Assembly (NCBI GenBank): GCA_036732085.1
Contig: DAINDC010000001.1
Location: 5,696-38,801, forward strand
DNA from: Fibrobacterota bacterium
GTDB taxonomy: Bacteria > Fibrobacterota > Fibrobacteria > UBA11236
Length of the DNA: 33,106 bases
Direction of reading: 5' to 3'
Every line of letters begins with the position of its first letter. Within the stretch, counting starts at the first letter, position 1. The position numbers were made by a program, and so were the translations under genes. Below, piece after piece: positions 1 through 6,589 of this stretch. Under the pieces are notes generated by a model, which was given only the letters and a program-made list of their open reading frames with translations, did no database searches and had not been told where the DNA came from.

Positions 1-59
1 ACCTCGTCCAGGAACTCGGCGGCATGCTTGCGGAACTCGGTAAAGTTGGCCGTTTTCAT
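1..59 (-). CDS. Phd/YefM-family antitoxin, 5' fragment (first 19 codons; the gene continues beyond the left edge)
   Basis: The reverse complement of 1-59 reads ATG AAA ACG GCC AAC TTT ACC GAG TTC CGC AAG CAT GCC GCC GAG TTC CTG GAC GAG, giving MKTANFTEFRKHAAEFLDE, a typical Phd/YefM N-terminus. GAGGA (complement of 65-69) lies 5 nt upstream of the ATG at 59. TGTACA operator-type motifs sit at 73-100. Confidence 0.5.
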   Translation of the reverse strand, partial: MKTANFTEFRKHAAEFLDE

Positions 60-72
60 GGTTTTCCTCTTC

Positions 73-100
73 TGTACAGTTATCTGTACTCTAGTGTACA
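73..100. promoter_or_regulatory. Putative antitoxin operator with three TGTAC(A) cores (73-78 TGTACA, 85-89 TGTAC, 95-100 TGTACA)
   Basis: Read directly as cTGTACAgttatcTGTACtctagTGTACAt, 14-41 nt upstream of the yefM-like ATG, with spacings of 12 and 10 bp. The E. coli yefM-yoeB operator palindromes are built on 5'-TGTACA-3' cores. Confidence 0.45.
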
Positions 101-325
101 TTCTGGCCCAGGGTTAGTCAAACCCACTTTACGACCGCCCATGCCTTTGTATTCCCTCGCTCAGGCCGTATTGGTTGGCCGGGGCCTTTTGAATCGCTTC
201 AGTTACGTCGCTTTTCTTGAACTCCTCCATATTTGGAGTAGCAACTGGTTTGAACATGACGAGTCGGGCTGATCTTGTATCCCAAATGGGGTATATTTAT
301 GGCATAGGCCCAAGGAGAACCAGCC

Positions 326-559
326 ATGTCTAAATCCGCCATGATCCGAGCCTGAACAGATTCCCAGTTGAAGGAGAAGGTCGAAGAGATCTTCGACGAA
401 CTAGGCCTCAACGCTACCACCGCGATCAATATATTCTACAAGCAGGTGCTTTTAAGTCGCGGCCTGCCCTTTGACGTTAGGATCCCCAACGCCGCTACCC
501 GGAAGGCAATGAAAGAGGCCAAGGCCGGCCGTACCGTTAAGGGATACAAGAAGGAGTAG
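326..559 (+). pseudogene. RelB/DinJ-family antitoxin interrupted by an in-frame TGA at codon 10 (353-355); no toxin gene follows
   Basis: AAGGAG (312-317) lies 8 nt before ATG 326. The frame reads MSKSAMIRA*TDSQLKEKVEEIFDELGLNATTAINIFYKQVLLSRGLPFDVRIPNAATRKAMKEAKAGRTVKGYKKE. The stop sits where DinJ-type proteins have Arg (..VRARIDEDLK.., from memory), so a single CGA->TGA change would explain it. The ORF track only sees the TTG-368 remnant (63 aa), which would lack the N-terminal ribbon strand. Confidence 0.7.
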
Positions 560-611
560 GACGGATCACATCGATTTATTCGACTGACTTTCGTTGAGTC
601 AAAGCCCAATC

Positions 612-1475
612 TCACCTCGGACTCAACGCCCCCGCCATCGCATGCACAAAAGCCTTGGCCGCCACCCGCTTCCCCAGATCATTCAGATGCCCCCCATCGG
701 AACTCAGCTCACTGAGCAGGCGATAGCCCGTCTTACCATCCTTGCGAACGGAATCCCGGCTGCCGTCCGGATAGGTGGATTCCAAGGCGGCCAGATCGAA
801 CAGGGGTTTGCCCGTAAAGGCTTGCCGCAGCATCGCGTTGAATTCGGTGCGACGGAGATTGTCGGCATCGTTGGGATTGGAGAGGCCCAGGAGACGCTTG
901 AGGCCGCCGAGTCTCCCGCGGGGACCGGTCTTGAGCGGGACCGTAACATACAGGATACCCATGGTGGGATTGCGGGCCTGCACGGAATCCAAGGTGGCCT
1001 TGTAATAGGCGAACAGGCCGGGCACATCGGTTTGCGCATCCACGTCCAGGTAGCAGAATTTCATCGCAGCCAAATCGAAGCGGGGCTCGGGAGCGGAGGG
1101 CGCTGTGGTACTCAGGGGAGGTGCGGACGCCGCCAGGAACTTCGCGAAGCCGTCGCATTTTTTCCGCGGGACCCGGTTCTCGCCAAGGTGTGAATGGATG
1201 ATGCCGCCCGCCGCTAGGGATTGGCCCTGGTCCAGATCCGCGATGGCGAAGCGCGTCTCTCCCGCCTCCCGCAGCAGCTCGGACAGGCCTTCCAGGATGT
1301 TCTGGCCTACCGACTGATGCCCGAAATAGATATGCCGATCGCGCAGACGCGCGAGGTCCGCCTTGAAGGCTTCATCGGCGGTTCCGGCCCGGGCGGGATA
1401 CCCGGGTTCGGATCGGCAGGCGGCCAGGATGCCCATGGTCAGGGCCAGTGAAGCGGATAGGAACATCCGGCCCAC
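612..1475 (-). CDS. Secreted lipoprotein, SGNH/GDSL-hydrolase-like (candidate extracytoplasmic esterase/acyltransferase)
   Basis: 287-aa ORF with signal peptide and lipobox MGRMFLSASLALTMGILAAC. It has a block-I-like FGHQSVG and a convincing SGNH block-V-like SDGGHLNDLGKRVAAKAF (DxxH). GTG 1475 lies 3 nt after the stop of the upstream gene (alternative ATG 1466). The functional call is by motif only. Confidence 0.6.
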   Translation of the reverse strand: MGRMFLSASLALTMGILAACRSEPGYPARAGTADEAFKADLARLRDRHIYFGHQSVGQNILEGLSELLREAGETRFAIADLDQGQSLAAGGIIHSHLGENRVPRKKCDGFAKFLAASAPPLSTTAPSAPEPRFDLAAMKFCYLDVDAQTDVPGLFAYYKATLDSVQARNPTMGILYVTVPLKTGPRGRLGGLKRLLGLSNPNDADNLRRTEFNAMLRQAFTGKPLFDLAALESTYPDGSRDSVRKDGKTGYRLLSELSSDGGHLNDLGKRVAAKAFVHAMAGALSPR

Positions 1476-1478
1476 GGT

Positions 1479-2480
1479 TTAGACATCCACTTCCGATACG
1501 GGTTCCACGAGTTGCGGCGGCATATGCAGGTAACGCGTGGTTTCGCGCTTCACGTCGATGTCCTTGAACACGCGCTCCGTCTGCTCGTGAGACAGGCCCA
1601 CGGCCTCGGCGACCTCGTCAATCGGCACCCCGTGGTTCTTGCCCCAGAGGCAGAGGTCCATCTTTTCATGCGGGAGGGAGAAATAGAATTCGTCCTGGGT
1701 TTGCGGCAGCGAATAGGTATCGGTGGTGGGCGGCCGCCGGCGGATGCGGTCCGGGATGCCCAGGTGTTCGGCCAGCATATAGACCTGGGACTTGTAGAGA
1801 TGGGCGATGGGCTTGACGTCGCCGCCGCTGTCGCCGAGCTTCACGAAAAAGCCCTGATCGTATTCGAGGCGGTTGGGAGTGCCGGTGGTGGCATAGTTGA
1901 GCCGATCGGCATGGTAGTATTCCATCATCTTGCGCACGCGCTGCTTGAAGTTCGAGGCGGCCACCACGCCCAGGTAGGCCTCCAGGGGCAGGCGCTGCCT
2001 GATCTGGGCGCCGTCGGGGGCCTGGGCCACCACCGAGAAGAAATTGAAGCCCTGGTTGTCGATGACATTGGGCAGGACGATCTTGTTCTTCCAGCCCGGG
2101 CCGTATTCCGGGATCGCCAGGCGGATGGCGTCGTCGCGGCGACGGTAACATCCCAGGGACTCCAGGGGGGCGGTGATATCCTCCACCACGGAAGGGATGC
2201 CCAGGTGGGTCGCGACGAATTGGCTGAATCCCAAGGTACCGGAATCGGAATCGCGCTCGGGCATATGCAGTCCCAGGACGCGCTCGCTCCCGAAGGCGCG
2301 TACGCATAGGGCCGCGGTCACGGAACTGTCGATGCCGCCCGAGAGGGCCACCACCACGCCCCGGCGCCGGAAGCCCCGCACCTGGCGTTTCAGGGCCGCG
2401 GTAATCTTCGCCGTCTCGGCTTCGCAATCCAGATCCAGCACCTGCTTGCCAAAGGGCCTGGTCATCGTCTCGGTTTTCAT
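1479..2480 (-). CDS. NAD+ synthetase (NadE)-family PP-loop ATP pyrophosphatase / amidoligase
   Basis: 333-aa ORF with PP-loop VVALSGGIDSSVTAAL. The length and C-terminal region fit NadE-like adenine-nucleotide alpha-hydrolases. The ATG at 2480 directly abuts the ligase stop at 2481-2483. Confidence 0.85.
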   Translation of the reverse strand: MKTETMTRPFGKQVLDLDCEAETAKITAALKRQVRGFRRRGVVVALSGGIDSSVTAALCVRAFGSERVLGLHMPERDSDSGTLGFSQFVATHLGIPSVVEDITAPLESLGCYRRRDDAIRLAIPEYGPGWKNKIVLPNVIDNQGFNFFSVVAQAPDGAQIRQRLPLEAYLGVVAASNFKQRVRKMMEYYHADRLNYATTGTPNRLEYDQGFFVKLGDSGGDVKPIAHLYKSQVYMLAEHLGIPDRIRRRPPTTDTYSLPQTQDEFYFSLPHEKMDLCLWGKNHGVPIDEVAEAVGLSHEQTERVFKDIDVKRETTRYLHMPPQLVEPVSEVDV

Positions 2481-4103
2481 CTAAGCCAATCCTTTCTTGC
2501 TGATTTTTCCCGTCGAGGTCTTCGGGAGTTCGTTCCGGAATTCCACGAACTTGGGAACCATGAACTTTTCCAGCCGCTTCTGGCAATGCTTGATCACCTC
2601 GGCATCGGTCAGGGCGGCCCCGTCCACCAGGGCCACGAAGGCCTTGATGGCATTGCCCAGGATCTCGTCCGGCACCCCGATGACGGCCGCTTCGCGCACC
2701 TGCTCCAGCTCGTAGATCACGTTCTCGATTTCCCGCGGACCCACCCGCTCGCCGGCGGTCTTGATGAGGTCGTCCTTGCGCGAGATGAAATAGAGGTGGC
2801 CGTCCTCGTCCTGCTGGAAGAGGTCGCCGGTCCGGAGCACCCGCTCATGGGGGTAACGTCCGGGTTTCAGGCAGCGGGCCGTCTCCTCGGGACGGTTCCA
2901 ATAGCCGACCATCACGTGGGAGCCGCGCACCATCAGTTCGCCCGGTTGCCAGGCCCGGGTCACGCGCTCGCCGCGCTCGTCCTCGATCCACACCTCGGTA
3001 TTGGGAATGGCCACGCCCACGGAAGCCGGTTTGCTGTCGATGAGCTCGGGGGGCAGGTAGGCCACGCGTTTGCATTCGGTGAGGCCGTACATGGAATAGA
3101 TGCGCGCCAGGGGCAGCACCAGGCGCATGCGGGCGATATGGTGCACGGGCAGGGCCTGGGCGGTATTGGTCAGGTAGCGCACGGAGGAGAAATCCTGCTG
3201 CTCCAGATCCTTGAGGTTGAGGAGGATGGCCAGGATGGTCGGGACGATCGGGAGCCCGGTCGGCCTTTCCCTGGCGATGAGCTCCAGGTAACGTCCAGGG
3301 TACAGGAACTGCTTCTCCAGGATGACGGTGCCGCCGAACCGGAACGCCATCAGCACCTGGTAGAGGCCATAGTCGAAGGCCAGCGGCAGGCAGGAGAGGA
3401 TGATATCGTCCGGCTCGTTGCGGAGATAGGTGGTGATGGAGGTGGCGGCCGTGACCATATTGAGATGGGTGAGCGTCACGCCCTTGGGGTTCCCCGTGGA
3501 CCCGGAGGTGTAGATGAGGCTGGCGAGATCGAGGTCGATATTGGGATTGGGAGGCGGGGTGGCCGGATGCGTCGAGATCAGGTTGGCGAGGAAATGCACT
3601 TGCTTGCCCGCCGATTCCAGGGCCTGGGTAGCTTTCCGGTTACCCTGTCCGGCTTCCAGGATTTCCATATCGTCCACATTTTCCATGCCGTCCGCGCCGG
3701 TTACGCCACCCACGCCATCCACTATCACGATATGGCGCAGGTCCGGACAGTCGGCCAAATCCGCCTCCACGGCCTTGAGGTTGCGCCGTCCCGTCACCAG
3801 GATCCGGGCATTGCAGTCCTTAAGGATGAACGCCAGCTTGTCGCCCTTGACTCCGGGGTTGACCACCAGGAAGACGCCGGCGGCCTTGAGCGTGGCGAAT
3901 ATGCCCATGACCGTTTCCACGGAGTTGTCGTAATACATGCAGACGCGCTCCTGCGGCTCCAGCCCCAAGGCCTTGAAGGCGCGCGCGAGCGCATTGGCGC
4001 CCCCGTTGACCTCCGCATAGCTGGCCCGCCGCTCCCCGCAGACCAAAGCTGTCTTGCCCGGATGGCGCGCGGCGGAGGATTCGAGGAAGGCGTCAAGCAG
4101 CAT
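2481..4103 (-). CDS. AMP-forming acyl-CoA/acyl-carrier ligase (ANL superfamily), exosortase-A/PEP-CTERM-locus-associated type
   Basis: The AMP-binding motif LIYTSGSTGNPKGV is present, followed by ..GDLF..DEDGHLYFISRKDDLIKTAGERV and a C-terminal ..KTSTGKISKK. I prefer ATG 4103 (MLLDAFLESSAARHPGKTALV, with GGGAG 9 nt upstream) over the longest-ORF ATG 4136, which has no SD. Confidence 0.9.
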   Translation of the reverse strand: MLLDAFLESSAARHPGKTALVCGERRASYAEVNGGANALARAFKALGLEPQERVCMYYDNSVETVMGIFATLKAAGVFLVVNPGVKGDKLAFILKDCNARILVTGRRNLKAVEADLADCPDLRHIVIVDGVGGVTGADGMENVDDMEILEAGQGNRKATQALESAGKQVHFLANLISTHPATPPPNPNIDLDLASLIYTSGSTGNPKGVTLTHLNMVTAATSITTYLRNEPDDIILSCLPLAFDYGLYQVLMAFRFGGTVILEKQFLYPGRYLELIARERPTGLPIVPTILAILLNLKDLEQQDFSSVRYLTNTAQALPVHHIARMRLVLPLARIYSMYGLTECKRVAYLPPELIDSKPASVGVAIPNTEVWIEDERGERVTRAWQPGELMVRGSHVMVGYWNRPEETARCLKPGRYPHERVLRTGDLFQQDEDGHLYFISRKDDLIKTAGERVGPREIENVIYELEQVREAAVIGVPDEILGNAIKAFVALVDGAALTDAEVIKHCQKRLEKFMVPKFVEFRNELPKTSTGKISKKGLA

Positions 4104-4371
4104 GTTTCGCCGCTCCCATTTTTTTATTCCCCACATAGCGGACCAGGTTGTCCACCGAGTCCAGGTTCTCGGGCAGGAGTTCCAGGTCCTCGACCATGAA
4201 GCCGAAGGTCTCCTCCAGGAAGGTCACCACCTCCAGGACACCGGTCGAATCGATGGTGCCGGATTCGAGGAAGGACTCCTTGTCCTTGAGCATGGCCTCG
4301 GCATCGCCGAGGAGGAAGTTGTTGATGACGAATTGGCGGATCTGGGTGCGGATTTCATTTTCGTTGGCCAT
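4093..4371 (-). CDS. Acyl carrier protein (phosphopantetheine-binding)
   Basis: 92 aa and acidic, with ..LESGTIDSTGVLEVVTFLEETF.. (a DS(T/L) phosphopantetheinyl-serine context). It is sandwiched between the amidotransferase (1-nt gap) and the ligase (11-nt overlap). Confidence 0.85.
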   Translation of the reverse strand: MANENEIRTQIRQFVINNFLLGDAEAMLKDKESFLESGTIDSTGVLEVVTFLEETFGFMVEDLELLPENLDSVDNLVRYVGNKKMGAAKHAA

Positions 4372-4372
4372 A

Positions 4373-6310
4373 TTATCCCGGTCCTGTGGTTTTGAAGTTG
4401 TCGATGAATTGGGAATGCAGAAGTTGCAGCGAGGTCACCGCGGCCACCGCCATCTCGTCGCGTTCGCCCAGGCCCCGTCCGTCCGGTCCGGCCTTGAGCA
4501 TCAAGCGGCCGAAGGATGCCGGATTGACGTACCCGGCGTCCTTGAGGGCGCGCGGCTGGATCGATCGGGCCGCCAGGCTGCCCGTCCCCTGGAAGCAGGC
4601 GGCGATGGGAGCGCGATAGGGTTTCTTGGTGCGGTTCACGATGGAGGCGGGCACCAGATCCGTGAAGGCCTGCTTGAGGACATGCTTCTCGTCCAGGCCG
4701 CGGATCTTATGCTTGGGCGGGATGGTGGCCGCGAAGGCGATGAGGCGGTGATCCAGGAACGGGAACCGGCCCTCGACCGAATTGCCCATCATCATCCTGT
4801 CCCCTTGCGAGTTGAGCAGGTAGCCGGACATGAACAGGACCATCTCCAGGTATTGGGCGCGGCAGAGCGGGTGCCAGCGCTCGCGTCCGGGATCGAGGTA
4901 ACCTCGCAGTTCCTCGAACATCTGCTCTTGCTTGGGGAAGGCCGCGCGGAACTCGGGGGTGAAGTACTGCTGCATATGGGAGGTATTGGCCCAGCGGATG
5001 AGATGCGAGTAATAGTGATGGGACGTGTCCTCGAGCCCCTTGCGGAAGAAGAGGCGCCAGAAAGAATCGGCCTGCGGGTTCCGATCGATATAACCGTATA
5101 GTCGGCTCAAGGCCAAGGGCCTGAACCGGGACTCCGGATTGCGCGCCCAGGCCCTCCGGACCTTGTCCTCCTTGAAGATATTGTAGCCGCCGAAGATCTC
5201 GTCCGCGCCTTCCCCGGTCAGGACCACCTTGATGCCGCTCGCGCGCACCAACCGGGATAACGCGAACAGCGGTGCCGGCGCCGTCCGGATCATGGGACGC
5301 TCGGCGTTCCAGACCACGTTCGCGAAGTCCCGCCCGATCTCCTCATGGCCCACCTCGATGAGCCGGTGATCCGTGCCGAGATGCGCCGCCATGGTCTGCT
5401 GGAAATCGCGCTCGTCGAAACGCCCGTCCTTGAAGGCCACGGAGAAGGTGACGAGGTCGTTGATATGGTGCTTTTTGATCAGGGCGCAGATGATGGAGGA
5501 ATCGATGCCGCCACTCAGGTAGGCGGCCACCGGCACGTCCGCGCGGAGTTGCAGGGCGGTCGCATCCTGGAGAAGTTCGCGCAAGCGTTCCGTCCAATGG
5601 GACAAGGGCTTGTCCTCGTACTCATTCGCATCCGGGAATTCATGGCGCCAGTATTGCAGGGTGCGGGCCACGCCATCCTCGACGACCAGCATCCTTCCCG
5701 GGCCCAACTCCTGGATGTCCTTGAAGGTGGTCCGCGGCGGGATGTTCATCCAGAAGGTGGTCACCTGCGCAACGCCGACGGGATCGATCTCGCGCGGGAC
5801 GCCGGCGTGCGCGAACAGGGCCTTGATCTCCGACGCGAAGAGGAGGCCGCCGCCGGGCCGCCGCGTATAGAACAGGGGGCGGATGCCCACCCGGTCCCGC
5901 GCCAGGATCAGCCTGCGGTCCTTGAGATCCCAAAGGGCGATGGCGAATTGGCCGTTGAGGTGATCGACGAAGGCCGTGCCATGCTGCTCGTAGAGATGCA
6001 CGATGACTTCGGTATCGGACTTACTGTAGAAGCGGTGTCCCTGCTTGATCAGGTCCTGGCGCAATTCCACGTAGTTGAAGATTTCGCCGTTGAAGATGAC
6101 CCAGACCGTGCGGTCCTCGTTATGCATGGGCTGCTGGCCGCCGGAAAGATCGATGATGCTCAGGCGGCGATGGCCCAGTCCCACGGTCTCGCTGAGGTAG
6201 AAGCCTTCTTCGTCCGGGCCGCGGTGGAGCAGGGCGTGGGTCATGTCCTTCAAGGAGGCCCCGTCTATGGGGCCGCCGTCACCGGCGAGAATGCCTGCGA
6301 TGCCGCACAT
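4373..6310 (-). CDS. Asparagine synthetase B-family glutamine amidotransferase (exosortase-system-associated amidotransferase type)
   Basis: 645 aa. It starts MCGIAGI (Ntn catalytic Cys2) and has the synthetase-domain PP-loop AAYLSGGIDSSIICALI. The domain order is typical of AsnB. Confidence 0.92.
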   Translation of the reverse strand: MCGIAGILAGDGGPIDGASLKDMTHALLHRGPDEEGFYLSETVGLGHRRLSIIDLSGGQQPMHNEDRTVWVIFNGEIFNYVELRQDLIKQGHRFYSKSDTEVIVHLYEQHGTAFVDHLNGQFAIALWDLKDRRLILARDRVGIRPLFYTRRPGGGLLFASEIKALFAHAGVPREIDPVGVAQVTTFWMNIPPRTTFKDIQELGPGRMLVVEDGVARTLQYWRHEFPDANEYEDKPLSHWTERLRELLQDATALQLRADVPVAAYLSGGIDSSIICALIKKHHINDLVTFSVAFKDGRFDERDFQQTMAAHLGTDHRLIEVGHEEIGRDFANVVWNAERPMIRTAPAPLFALSRLVRASGIKVVLTGEGADEIFGGYNIFKEDKVRRAWARNPESRFRPLALSRLYGYIDRNPQADSFWRLFFRKGLEDTSHHYYSHLIRWANTSHMQQYFTPEFRAAFPKQEQMFEELRGYLDPGRERWHPLCRAQYLEMVLFMSGYLLNSQGDRMMMGNSVEGRFPFLDHRLIAFAATIPPKHKIRGLDEKHVLKQAFTDLVPASIVNRTKKPYRAPIAACFQGTGSLAARSIQPRALKDAGYVNPASFGRLMLKAGPDGRGLGERDEMAVAAVTSLQLLHSQFIDNFKTTGPG

Positions 6311-6589
6311 CCGCTCGACCTGATTTCTTCCCGGCGGGTTTGAAGACTAATGCCATCGGAGGCCATCGGATTTCCGTCTTGGGAATCCCACTGCCGTATT
6401 TTGAGTCCGCCAAACTCTGTCTTACTTAGGATCAATTTCTCTTCCGGCCTAACGCAAGAGAAATCCGACCTGGAAGGCCCGATCGACGGATTCACGAATC
6501 GGAGGAATAGCTTGAGCATTCCCCTTCCAAGTTTTTAATTAAAAGTCGAACCGCGGGCGCCTGACCGGCCCAGGAGGAAATACCGGCCG
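6311..6589. promoter_or_regulatory. Divergent intergenic/leader region between the asnB-like operon and the membrane-protein gene
   Basis: 279 bp, AT-richer than the flanks. It contains GCCATCGGA x2 (6352-6360, 6362-6370), a 9-bp inverted repeat ATTTCTCTT/AAGAGAAAT (6435-6443 / 6456-6464) and the palindrome TTTTAATTAAAA (6533-6544). No promoter hexamers are assigned. Confidence 0.35.

Noticed and set aside
129-257. A small 42-codon minus-strand ORF (MFKPVATPNMEEFKKSDVTEAIQKAPANQYGLSEGIQRHGRS) upstream of the TGTACA array.
   Set aside because: I see no RBS and no family resemblance, and it is too short to evaluate. It may be a remnant of the lost toxin partner, but I cannot support that.
353-355. 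The TGA in the dinJ-like gene as selenocysteine or programmed readthrough, or as a sign of an alternative genetic code.
   Set aside because: Many genes in this window terminate with TGA at sensible positions, including the ATGA couplings. The position corresponds to a conserved Arg, and nothing suggests a SECIS element. A nonsense mutation or a sequencing error is the simpler explanation.
24-429. ORFs 24-272(+) and 199-429(-) in the yefM/dinJ intergenic corner.
   Set aside because: They span the operator and promoter region and overlap the dinJ-like RBS and start. They have no RBS and no recognisable motifs, so they are most likely non-coding.
560-611. A possible bidirectional terminator between the dinJ-like gene and the convergent lipoprotein gene (TGACT...AGTCA).
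   Set aside because: The stem is only 5 bp and there is no convincing U-tract on either strand.
2586-4199. Very long ORFs antisense to recognised genes, for example 2586-4199(+), 5345-6343(+), 15127-16905(+), 23608-25755(+), 26611-27921(+), 1666-2586(-), 23705-25072(-) and 29100-30344(-).
   Set aside because: They lie entirely opposite to, or out of frame with, ORFs that carry unambiguous family motifs. Their translations are Arg/Gly/Ala/Pro/His-rich low-complexity strings with no motifs. This is the usual shadow-ORF behaviour of GC-rich DNA.
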